A stretch of 62,386 bases of DNA, the filler included, from Gonapodya sp. JEL0774 (Eukaryota): assembly GCA_027604505.1 (NCBI GenBank). It is 4 parts of 4 records of this genome, joined end to end, with 100 filler letters (N's around TTAATTAATTAA, not from the genome) between each part and the next. Parts side by side here need not be neighbours in the genome. Positions count along the whole stretch, not along the records: positions 1 to 15,953 come from JADIIX010000292.1; 3 more parts are not named here. The stretch is one strand, 5' to 3'. A program made the position numbers and the translations under genes. Shown piece by piece: positions 1-10,729 of the stretch (its first letter is position 1; every line of letters starts with the position of its first letter). The notes beneath the pieces are model-generated. The model saw only the letters and a list, made by a program, of their open reading frames with translations. It ran no database searches and had not been told where the DNA came from.

Positions 1-1
1 C

Positions 2-169
2 CCTTCTGTCATTCGATGTGGGGAGTTGACACTTCATACGAGGACTGGAATGCACGTGGCGGAGCAGATGGTCCCTGGAGTCACGTTTGATGTCAAGGAG
101 GTGGAGGAAGGAGGTGGATTGTGGGAGATATCATGCAGCGGGAGGAGTGGGAGCTCAATACAGCTCTGA
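2..169 (+). CDS. RTCA: 3' end of RNA 3'-terminal phosphate cyclase (RtcA/RTCA type), 5'-partial
   Basis: Frame 2 reads PSVIRCGELTLHTRTGMHVAEQMVPGVTFDV...LWEISCSG*. This matches the recalled RtcA C-terminal signature (I.TGP.TLHT.TAIH.AEQ). Not in the ORF track. Confidence 0.8.
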   Translation, partial: PSVIRCGELTLHTRTGMHVAEQMVPGVTFDVKEVEEGGGLWEISCSGRSGSSIQL

Positions 170-734
170 GGTGATGATATGTTATTTAGGGGTAATCGTT
201 CACACTTATCGGCCAGTCATTGTTAGGAACTCTATGTATTTCGTATTTGAATCTGAGCGTCAGTGCAATGCCCGTTACTGACAGTGGCGTGTCGCGTCTC
301 GGAATACTGATCCGATGGAATACCGCGATGCGACCTTCTCATCTCGTCCATGGGTTGTCCACACCAAGAATACGCGTTGTGAATTGATCAGCTGTCCACT
401 AGAAAAACAATCGATCCAGGTAGGGATCACCTGCATTCATCATGAAACCGAGGCGACAGACTGGCGCTTCCAGGTAGATATTTGGTTTGTAGGAGAGGCG
501 AGAAAGATATCAGCGGGAGATGATACGCTTACGTTCTTTGATGAATTCTCGACATTGATCCTCCAATTCGTGATTGCCGGTACTGGAAGTCTGCACCCCG
601 TTTCCAACCGATAACTCAAACCACCAAGTGTCACACAAAAACGACGCAGACTACGTTCCAGACCCTCCATGCATCGTATCGATGGATCCCATGGAGTTGC
701 GGGACTTGGATTCGGTGAATTATCGTCGCCGAGC

Positions 735-2883
735 ATGACGACAGTCAGGGGCGCTTTGCGCTGTCCAAGCATCGCAATCGCCACAACTGCGGCGAGATTC
801 ATCGCCGTAGCGATTGCTACGTTTTCTGTTGTTGGAATGGCGCAAGAGGTGAACCAGACAAACTCTGCCTCTACGATCAGATCCGCGGGTGAGTAATTTG
901 ACAGCTGACAGGGACTGTTTTCCTCCCACCCATCGATGAAACCCACCCACCATCGCAGTCGCTTCATCAAATACATCTTCATCGTCGGCTGCGCGCTTTA
1001 CGCCCTCGGTCGACCCGGCCCTCGTGGCTGGAATCGTTGTCGCCGGCTCGATTGTGGGGACGCTTATTCTCGGAGTCTTGGTGCAACGGGTACAGAAATG
1101 GGTAAGTTGGGTGTGTGGCTTGCTTTGATAACTGGACGGAGTGGTGTTACGGTTGTGGGGTGACAGTCACTTTCGTTGATTCCACCCCCATGGCCCCCAG
1201 CGCCGGGACCTCTCTCTCCGCCCACTGCGTGCCCAAAATCCTTCGCTCTATGAAAATGTCGTTGCCAGTCGACTGGGTATCACCGACAACGACTTCTACA
1301 TCCCACCAGGCGTGCCCGTTACATTGACCGAGATCCGCGCGGCGCAAAAGAGAACGGACCCGTTTTTGCTACAGACCTTCAAAACGGAGGTGTTTGACGG
1401 GAACACTCCGGCTCAAGATGTACATGTGCAGATTGAAGTAGACGTGAAGGATCACTTCAGCGATGTGGATGGACAAATGGACCAGGATCGACTAACCCAA
1501 TCACAGGTTGTTTCCGAACCACCAAATGAAAACTGCACATGGCTTTCTGTAGATACACCAAGAACGACACATGTGAAGCCACTACTTACAGTGCAACCGC
1601 CGACTCTGCCACGACCCTCTGGCGAACCCCACACGTCCGCGCCGGATGCATCCAGCGGGCCGTTGAACCCCGACCACACTTCGACTATCTCGCGAACTCG
1701 CTCGTCTTTGACACCTCCTGTCACCCGTCTCATCATCACGTCCCCAACAACCGACAACTTGACTGCCGTCCTCGAGGCGGATCCTGCACCTCCAGACGAC
1801 GACCACCACCATCTCTCTCCTGTCCCTCGCTCGCCCTCACCATCTTCTTCGACCCGCCCGGCCTCCTCTCGCTCTCTCTCACCCTCGCCTTCCCGCCCTA
1901 CCTCGCCACCCACCACCGCTACGACGTGCTCCATATGCCTCGACCCTTTCACCCCCGGTACTCGTCTTCGGGTACTTCCTTGCAAGCACCGCTTCCACCT
2001 CACATGCATAGACGAGTGGCTCGTCAACGCACGTGGGGAGTGCCCTCTGTGCCGGATGGACCTCACCCGGCGGGGGCTTTGGTACAACAGTGTAGGGTCC
2101 AGCGACAGCGAAGAGGCCGACATCATGGACGACCAGAGTGATCGAGGTGGTGAACGTGTCGATGCAAGACGTCGCGGGAGGCGGAGAAGGCGTCGGTCCC
2201 TCCGAGAGATCTTTGCCGGCGATGGGGGAGTGCGAGCTGGCCGTACACGATCCCGCCAGACGTCGAGGACACCTTCGGCAGCCGGAAGTCGTTCACCCAG
2301 TGCCATGTCGTCCGTATCTGCGCAATCCTCTCGCCCATCTCGTCCACTGTCCTCCATCTTTGATGGCCCCACAACTGTGGGCATAATTGCGGTGGTGGAC
2401 GGCGTACCAGCCGCACAGCGCTCCGACACACCCTCGGTCTCCCGAGTCCCTTTTCTCCTCGCACCTGCTGGGTTTAGACCGACGTCATGGGCTGGTAGTG
2501 CTCTCAGTGTCCCGGAGAGTAGTGTGGACCGGGTGGGTCGGGAGGGAAGCCGGAGTAGGTCGCGGTCGAGAAGTCCGTTTTGGGACCGTTTAAGGCGAAG
2601 ACAAAGTGGAAGTGGAAACCAGCGGGATGAACAGCAGATGGAGCAGGGTGGGCCCTCTGATCAGGGTAGTGCACTTGCGCAGAACACGTGTGTTATTGCC
2701 GGAAGTTCAGATCGCAACACACAAGAGGAAACCACATCATCGCCCATGTCACCTTCTGGAAATGATCTACTTCCGCGAGCGGCGTTTGACGATTCGGAAG
2801 CATCTGCTCTTGCACTGGCCGGTGAAGGTGGCGTGCTGCCAGGCGGGAACTCGAATATCCACAACAGCGCGGGCGCTGCATGA
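735..2883 (+). CDS. Single-pass membrane RING-H2 E3 ubiquitin ligase, paralog 1 (exons ~735-888, 959-1101, 1201-2883; ATG 669 is an alternative start)
   Basis: GT-AG introns 889-958 and 1102-1200 keep the frame. Exon 2 encodes TM segment LVAGIVVAGSIVGTLILGVLV. RING-H2 is CSICL...LPCKHRFHLTCIDEWL...CPLC. Confidence 0.85.
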
Positions 2884-3213
2884 CGATACTCTAACGACTC
2901 GAGTCGGTCAGGGAGAGGGTACTCGTGTCTCGAACAATGCAATCACAGCGTTTGATTTTTTCGGTGACGCGTGTTTGATACCGTGTCTTTATGTATATGT
3001 TCAATGGCATGCTCTCATAACTTTACGACCAGTCGTCCAGAAAACACCCATGCTATTCTTTGGAAAGTGTGCTAATGGGCTCGTCAATAGTGCCAAATGG
3101 GGGAAAACACTTTCCCCAGGAATATTGCGGCTTCAGGGTACCAGGGACGGCCAAGCTTCTCTCCAAGGATCGATAGAGCTCATGTTAAGCACATTATTAC
3201 TACCAAGATTCCG

Positions 3214-5244
3214 ATGATCAAACCTCTTGCTGTGTCTGAAAGCGAGAGTTGGGGATGGAACGCACGCCGCTGGTTTCAATGGAGGCGGCAAACGAGAACA
3301 ACTGTGCACGGCATCATCGAGGAGCTTTTACTCGGAGTCACGGTGATCGTGATCTCCGCTACAAGCTGCTGGGCTGGAGGTACTCCTGTCGAAGAAACTG
3401 GGTCCACTGTTCTCGGTTCAAGTGGTTTGAGCAGTGAGCGTCCGCAGGAAGATGAATCCGCAACAGGCCCCGTTATTTCCAAAACGTGAACGTTTACTTT
3501 GCTGTTTGGAATCTGCAGCTACTCTTGACTCTCAATCGGCATTCACGGAGATCCCTTTTTCCAACGTTCCCTTCCCGAACGGCAGTCCTTCTCTCATAGT
3601 CGCCGCATTCATATTCGTCGGAGTTTCGGTCGCGTCATTTGCAATCACGGCGTATCTTATTTACAAGCTGAGAAAGTGGGTGAGTACGTGATTGTGAGAA
3701 ACGGGAGATGGGTAACGTTGGGTCTTCAGGTGGGAGATGTCGTTGCATAGTAGCTACTATGACATGGAGTTGGATCACCACGAGTTCCAGAGAAACATGA
3801 GTTGCTAAGCTTTTCCATCCCTGAGCAAGGACCTATCGTCCATAATTCTCACCATGCTCCGCTCCAGCGACGCAACCTCTCTCTTCAACCCCTCCGCGAG
3901 CAAAACCCCACCCTCTACCGCGATGTCATTCGCACCCAAATCGGCCTCCACAGCTGCTACGACGTGTACATTCCGCGTGGCGTACCCACGACCACGAGAG
4001 CCATCCGCGCTGCACAGACGCGAACTGACCCGTACCTTCTCCAGACGTTCAAGACGGTCGTATATCGGGGACCTGGAGCCGATGCCGACCATAAAGTGAA
4101 TGAAGATAGTTCGGATGCTAAGAAGCAAGAACCAGAGGACCCTCGAGTTACCGTTCGTGAGAGAGATGACACCATCACTTCTGCAGAAAAGAGCGCAGAA
4201 TCCGTCGTACCTTCTGCTGATTTGGTGATAGTCTCTCCTGCCGCGGAGGAGGCTACTTTGCACTCCGCAGAGATGGCGAACATGGATGAGGAAGATGCGG
4301 AGGTCATGGATATGCAGGACACTCTGTCGTGCTCATATAAGACTGATAACGCGGTTCCCATCGAAATTGATTCAAGTTCCGGTCCAGACGGAGAGCCGAG
4401 ATGCGCGGCTGCACGCTTCGTTGTTACATCTGCAACGGACAACTTGCCTGAGGCGCCAATGCGGCCCATGCCGCCGCTTCCTGGTTTCATCGTTCCACCG
4501 ACAACTACTCAAATTTCGCCTGCAACGTCCTCGCATCCATTCACACGCCCGCCTTCTGTTCAGCGAGCATCTGCTGTCTCCCCGTCTGCCACTTTCCAAT
4601 GCACCATTTGCCTCGACTCGTTCGTCACTGGTCACACTCTCCGCATTCTACCGTGCACGCACACCTTTCACACGAAATGCATCGACGAGTGGCTCGTCAA
4701 CACACGGGGAGAGTGCCCTTTGTGCAGACTGGACCTCACTCGTCGGGGTTCGTGGTACCAGAGCAGTGCTGGGTCGAGCGGGAGCCGAAGTGGAACGGAA
4801 GAATCGGAAGACGGGGCGGATGCAGCAGCTGGTTCGGAGAAGAACCGTGGACGTCGCAGAAAGAGGCGATCGTTACGGGTCCTCTTTGCGGGCGACGGAG
4901 GTGTGCGTGCGGGACGGTCGCGTACGAGGTCGCACAGAAGTCAGTCAGCCAGTGAGATGTCGATGCGAGCTGGAAACAGGCTTTCTATTCCGGTCAGCTT
5001 CGGGAGCTCTCAGCACAGTCGAAGCAGATCGAGGAGCCCAGGATTTTGGAGGGTGGGGGGGCGAATTGGAGTCAGAGGGAGCCAGGTCGGTGGACTAACA
5101 GCGGTGGACACTGATAATCTCGCGGTGGGAAATGCTCTCGATACCGGCGCTAGTGTGAGCAACATTGTGGATGTTGGAACAGCTGTTCAGCGGAATGGAG
5201 TCATGCCCGCGAGTCCTGATCACGCATCCTCGAGACAAGCGTGA
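3214..5244 (+). CDS. Single-pass membrane RING-H2 E3 ligase, paralog 2 (exons 3214-3433, 3519-3679, 3868-5244)
   Basis: Intron phases match paralog 1. TM is LIVAAFIFVGVSVASFAITAYLIY. RING-H2 is CTICL...LPCTHTFHTKCIDEWL...CPLC. Confidence 0.85.
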
Positions 5245-6164
5245 ATAATACTTCACACTCATCAACGGCCTTCTGTGTGACCAGAAACGCAGAATCTGCA
5301 CATAATACGTCTATTGCACTCAATTTTAATTGAATCGCTTGCCTAATTTGCACGACTCCTATCTGAAATGTAATGTCCAAAAGCACCCTAACGGTCTTTC
5401 GAGTCGCATCCCTGTCAGTGCGTAGCAGATACTTTTCCATTCACGTTGCGTTTCAAAGATGCTTGAGGACACTCTTTCAAGGTATATGCGCGTCACATCC
5501 ATCAGTTTCTTGGAGTACTAACAGGAGCACGTCAGGACCCCTTCGGTTCTTTGCCACCGAAGCAGATTTCAACAGACGCGGTGAAATTTCTGAGTATCGA
5601 TTCCTTTTGTAGTGAGGGAGACATTTGCGTGGGGACACATCAGACCGTTCCCAGGGCGGTGCAGGTCCCGCTCGCAAAAACAGGGTCCGACGAATGTACT
5701 AATTAAATTTGAATCAGAATCCATCACGCGAAATCGGAGCAACCAGGACCGATTCAGTTTGTGACATTTTGGAGAGTGCGCAAGTCTTCCGCGATCTGGG
5801 AAACCGGACAGAGGCAGGCGAGAAAGGATTATTACGAAAGGGATCATTGCTGGGCATCCGGTCAGCTCCCTTGATAAAGAAAAGAAAATTGCCGAATTCC
5901 GTCCCTCGAGCTCTCCAACGAATGGGCAGTGCCAATCGACCGAGTCGAATCAGTCGGAGTGCTGGGTTTGGTGGCGATGGCAACGTGCGATCTCCAATCT
6001 CTGGGTGTCGTGGGTCCACGGGCCGTTTATCCGCACTCCGACCGACATTTTATCTTTACGGAACCGTGCAGTTGGGACTTTCGATTGTTGTATTGCAATC
6101 ATTCGCGGAGAAATCTTCTGCTGTCATATTGGCTGGCTCGCTCCCTGCCAATACGCAGTACCCG

Positions 6165-7475
6165 ATGGCGAACAGCAGTATCACCACCCCTTCCTCAACC
6201 GCCGACAACGTCTCGGTGACCTCCGTGATCTCCACACCAACACCGGATACTCCACAGAGTTCTTCGAATATATGGACTTCGTCGGGACTGCTTGCACTTG
6301 TTGGCTTGGTTGGAGTTCTAACCTTGCTCATGATGCTCATGTTCATCTGGAGGTACCTCAGACGTCGAGTGAGTAATCAGAGTGTTCTAATGGTGCATAG
6401 GGCAGAGTGCTGCCTGTCTTATGGGCAAATGTTCGGGGCGCGGCCGTTCCTCCTGATGTCTGAAGTTTGGTGTTCAGAGTCATTCTTGATTACCCACCGT
6501 TTCACTCTCCTTACCATCCACCAGCGCACTGTTCACGACCTCTCTCTCCTTGCCAAACAAAATCCCGCCCTTTACGCCCTCGTCACGTCGGAGAACCTTT
6601 GGGATTCTCCGGAACCCTACCCAGGAGGTCCAGTCGAGACGGTGGTTCATCCCCTAGTTCTCCAGACGTGGCCGGTATGGAAGTGGGTAGACGGACCCCC
6701 ACCTGGCGCGAAGGAAGATGGAACGGTAGTCGCGATGGATGGCAGCGATGTGGATCAAAAGGGAGGCGAAGATGGGAAACCCCAAGAACGGTCGTCAGAA
6801 GAGCTTGTCCGTGACGGCGAGGACATTGGCGTCCCGCCTGGACCCACGTGGATTACACCTCCTTCGCGTCGTCGTGGTTCTGTAAGCGCACACCGAACCG
6901 TTACAGATACGGTGATGCAGATGGAGGAGATCCGTGCTCCTGCCCGCCACGGATCCCTCGTTTCCGTTACAGGTGCGGGTGTGGGAAGATCATCAAGTGA
7001 CGTGCTTCCCAGCTCGCCGTCAACTCCCGAACTCGCAACTGGCACCCGCAGCATCACCTGGAAGACCCGCCGACCATCCGCTTCATCTCTTCCCAACTCC
7101 GCCACCCCTGCAGTCCCCGTCCGCACACCCTCTTATTCTTCCGCTGTAGTACAACCATCCTCACCTTCGCCCTCCCGCCTGTCGCAGTTCTCCTCCGTCA
7201 TAACATCCCTCTCGGCGCTGGCCAGCCCATCTAGCCAACCCATTCGCGCCGGAGCGTGCCCCATCTGTCTCGAACCCTACGCCGCGTCGACCACCCTTCG
7301 AATGCTCCCCTGTGGTCACTCGTTTGACGTTGGGTGTGTGGACGAGTGGCTGTGTTTCACAAAGGGTGCGTGCCCCGTGTGCAGGATGGACGTGACGAGG
7401 AGTGGCAAGTGGTGGAAAATGAAAGTGAAGGAGGAGCAGGACAGGCAGGGAGGTGTGTCGGGAGAAGAGGTATGA
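6165..7475 (+). CDS. Single-pass membrane RING E3 ligase, paralog 3 (exons 6165-6368, 6525-7475)
   Basis: S/T-rich N-terminus and TM LLALVGLVGVLTLLMMLMFIW. Intron 6369-6524 sits at the same post-TM position as in paralogs 1 and 2. C-terminal RING is CPICL...LPCGHSFDVGCVDEWL...CPVC. Confidence 0.8.
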   Translation: MANSSITTPSSTADNVSVTSVISTPTPDTPQSSSNIWTSSGLLALVGLVGVLTLLMMLMFIWRYLRRRVSNQSVLMVHRAECCLSYGQMFGARPFLLMSEVWCSESFLITHRFTLLTIHQRTVHDLSLLAKQNPALYALVTSENLWDSPEPYPGGPVETVVHPLVLQTWPVWKWVDGPPPGAKEDGTVVAMDGSDVDQKGGEDGKPQERSSEELVRDGEDIGVPPGPTWITPPSRRRGSVSAHRTVTDTVMQMEEIRAPARHGSLVSVTGAGVGRSSSDVLPSSPSTPELATGTRSITWKTRRPSASSLPNSATPAVPVRTPSYSSAVVQPSSPSPSRLSQFSSVITSLSALASPSSQPIRAGACPICLEPYAASTTLRMLPCGHSFDVGCVDEWLCFTKGACPVCRMDVTRSGKWWKMKVKEEQDRQGGVSGEEV

Positions 7476-7929
7476 TGTGGTTGACGGTGGACGTGAGTGC
7501 ACGTGTTGATGGTGGATGTACATTAGTGGCAATTCGATGCTCTTGCGCACCGAACAAGTGGCTTGGCGGAAGTAACGTCCGCATTTGTATTCATACCAAG
7601 TTTTTATTCGAGAATTCGGAGATATACACGCAATGATGTGTAATATCCATGAAAAACCTCCGCAGTCAGCCATCTTGTGGGAGCCAGCGCTTTGTAAGTG
7701 GAAAGGTCAGCGGTACCAGTGTTCTGCAATACAATCACCGCGTGGATCTGATGAGCAATTGTTCAGTGCAAATCTCAGGAGACATGGTTCATGGTTGCGA
7801 TCAAGGGAAGGGGAGGAATCAGAATTGGGCCAGAGATTGAGTACAGGCACCCCAAGCATCCCGATTGTGACGGAGTGAACCCAACGGTAGGAAAAGAGCG
7901 TGCCCGGAGCTCGCCAGGGCAAAATATGT

Positions 7930-7978
7930 AGCCCAATGCGGGGCTCGAACCCGCGACATTGAGATTAAGACTCACACA
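7930..7978 (-). pseudogene. 5'-truncated tRNA-Lys(CTT) fragment
   Basis: Minus strand reads GTGTGAG--TCTTAATCTCAATGTCGCGGGTTCGAGCCCCGCATTGGGC: an anticodon arm with a 2-nt deletion, T-arm and 3' acceptor strand, then a TTTT terminator. The D-arm and 5' acceptor strand are absent. Confidence 0.85.
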
Positions 7979-8087
7979 TAATCATCATTTTGGGGTGCCA
8001 CGGGTGGAAGCGGGGATATATATCCAGGCACCCTGCACATGCCCACGTCACTGAAAATCAATTTACGTTTCATGCAACAAACCTGTC

Positions 8088-10729
8088 ATGAGTGAGCCCT
8101 GTCGATACGACCCATCCTATGATTGGATCAGCCAGCCAGATCTCAGAAAACCACCAAGAGTCTACACCAAGGATGAGATACAAGAGTTGAGGGATAAGAA
8201 TCACTTGGAGAATCCTTACCACACTTGCCCACTTGGCTACTCTGGACCTCCCACGTCAACTTCTGCCAATGGTGAAAAGAGCTTCCTGGGTCTGACTTAC
8301 CATGCTCCTCCCACAAACCACCCAGGGTACCCCAATGGTCTTTTTGTGTCACACCCAGAGCAAACCCCATTTGAAACAGCCAATAGTTGCAGCTCCAACA
8401 ATGCTCCTGCCTTCTCTGATACCAACATTACTGCCACAACCAGTATGATGGAAGTCAATGGACCTGACAGCATCATGAATGATGATGATAGTGGGAGTGA
8501 GGAGGAGCATGAACTGGTTGCAGATTTCTTCAAGGAAAGTCAGATGTTCAGGCAAATTGAAGATCTGAACAAGGAGGCATGTGCAGATGATACAGAAGTA
8601 GCTGGAGATGCTCCTGTTGTTTCCATGAGACTCCCAGATTTTACCACCCTCACTGCAGAGGAAGTGGAGAAGTTTCGACAAAGATACAATTTCCTGGTGT
8701 TTGAGCGGGTCAATGCTGTGCTTTCTTCTCTGGAGAATAATTTACTGCCGTGGGAATTGGAGGCCTTCAAAGCAAGGTTTTCAGCTTTGCAGAACTGGCT
8801 TGAGAAGCGATGTCCTCCAGCAACAGAGGAGGATGCAAGAAGTATCGTGAGACTTGAAAGAGAGAATGATGCCAAATTCATAAAAATGGCACAACAGGAG
8901 TTCCCACAGAACCGTGGAATTGTCTCTATCAGCCCTGGCATTCCTATTAGCCACACTTTGTACAGACTTTCCTACTGCCCTAATTATGCTGCAGCTTTTG
9001 GCTCAGATACTGGAATTGGGCAGGGCATACCAGAACCAATAATGGAAGTGGACTCTTGTCATGCACCAACATGGTCAGCAGCTGCAGAGAACGTTCTTCA
9101 ACCAGTGTGGCCTGGTCTAATGCATGGACCCAACCTGATTGTTCAGGGAGAAATCAATCTAGGGTACAATTCAGTAGCTCCGAGATCGCCCCCTGTTTCT
9201 ATTACAGATGTTGCTAAGTACTCGGATTTGGAGGAGAGATTCATGTCCCGGTATGGCACCCACAAAAGGAACTCCATCCCCTCACAAGCAGCTGTGAATT
9301 GGTCATTCAAAACTTTCAACCAGCTGATGTCTGAATCACCTGTCTATGGGTTCTATTTTGAGCAGATTGTCTGTGGAAGGTGGGGATGAATGATGAATGT
9401 GAAATTTCCTGATGGCACCATCACTGTGGACATCAAGGACATCTTGGAAGACCTGCTGCACAGGGTTTTTGCTCTTTCACGTTCTCGCATGCCAGTTGAG
9501 ATTCAGGATGAAGTTGTTCTCTACAGAAGAGATTTTCTCAAAGACTGTCACCATTTGGTAGCTCTATCCACTTGTGGTGCATTCATTAGTTCTGAGATGG
9601 AGCACCCATGTGTGCCTGCTGCTCGGGCTTTGGGTATCTCTGGTGCCCCTCGGTCTATGGTTGCACTTCACATTAGCAGATCCATTTTCCAGCGAGGAAT
9701 ATTACCAAATCTTGATAAGATCCTTGGCATCAATGGACTCTTCTCATTAGAAGAGAATAATTTCTTTACACTTCTCAATAATGTGATCACTCGATTGGAG
9801 CAACGTGCGACAGATACTCTCACACAGATTGGGAAGGAGTCTGATGATGTTGAAAACATGCACCATCTTTGGGAACAATTACAATTCTTTGTGAATGAAC
9901 TCTCTGTGACCAGAGAAAGGATGAAGAAGAGTATGTATTGTATCTCGTACTGATTTTAGTCTGGTCTGCTTCATATACTCTAACAAATTTATTTTTGATT
10001 TGTCTGGATTTACAGTCTTCCGTGATGGTGTTGTGGATACCCGTGGTCGCAAACCTCTAGAGGTCCGACAGAAGGCTCACTTGAATCAATCCTCTAACAC
10101 AACAGCTCAGATATTTGCTGGAAATTCTCTTTCTTCCCAGCCATCCTCTACTCTTCAACTCCAGCCAACCTTAATATCCCATACAGATGCTGGACGTGCC
10201 CTTTCACGAGTTTACTCCAATTCAACTCTGATGGCTTCTGCCAGTGATGCAGTTAAATTGTTTCTTCGCGATGTTTCTTGTTTTGTTGACAAATCTCTGG
10301 CAAGAATCCCAACTGAAATTGATTCTGGTAAATGATATTCTTTATTACCTTTCATACTGCTGGCACATGGTCAATATGATTACTATTTCGCAACAATTAA
10401 AAGACCTTCCTCACATGTTTGAAGGGCCTCCTGTGCTATTTGAATGCCCAACCAAAGGATGTTCCTCAGTTAAGATCAGGCGCCACTACTTTGATTTCTC
10501 AAGACTTCATGTTTATTGTGTTCAAACATCTTGTGCCATTGCAAAGAAGAGGACCTCACATAAAATGCTCCGAACACCTGAGTTATCACCTTTAGTTTCA
10601 AGGTGCAGCAAATCACAGTGGGATGATGCATGTGCTAATGGAAAATGTGGTGGTGCCAAGGAATGTTACAGGTGTGGGCCAGACCTCCCCAGGTCATGGT
10701 CTGGTAAAGGACATGCTTTTAAACGTTAG
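8088..10729 (+). pseudogene. Spliced orphan gene of ~827 codons (exons 8088-9930, 10016-10327, 10404-10729) with an in-frame TGA at 9387-9389 and a Cys/His-rich C-terminus
   Basis: ORFs 8088-9389 and 9390-9953 are in the same frame. Introns GTATGT..CTAAC..TACAG and GTAAAT..AAAG are phase-compatible. The C-terminus reads CPTKGC...H...CVQTSC...C...C..C...C..C. Confidence 0.6.

Noticed and set aside
1452..2429. Long antisense ORFs (here and over other GC-rich genes)
   Set aside because: Shadow frames of real genes.
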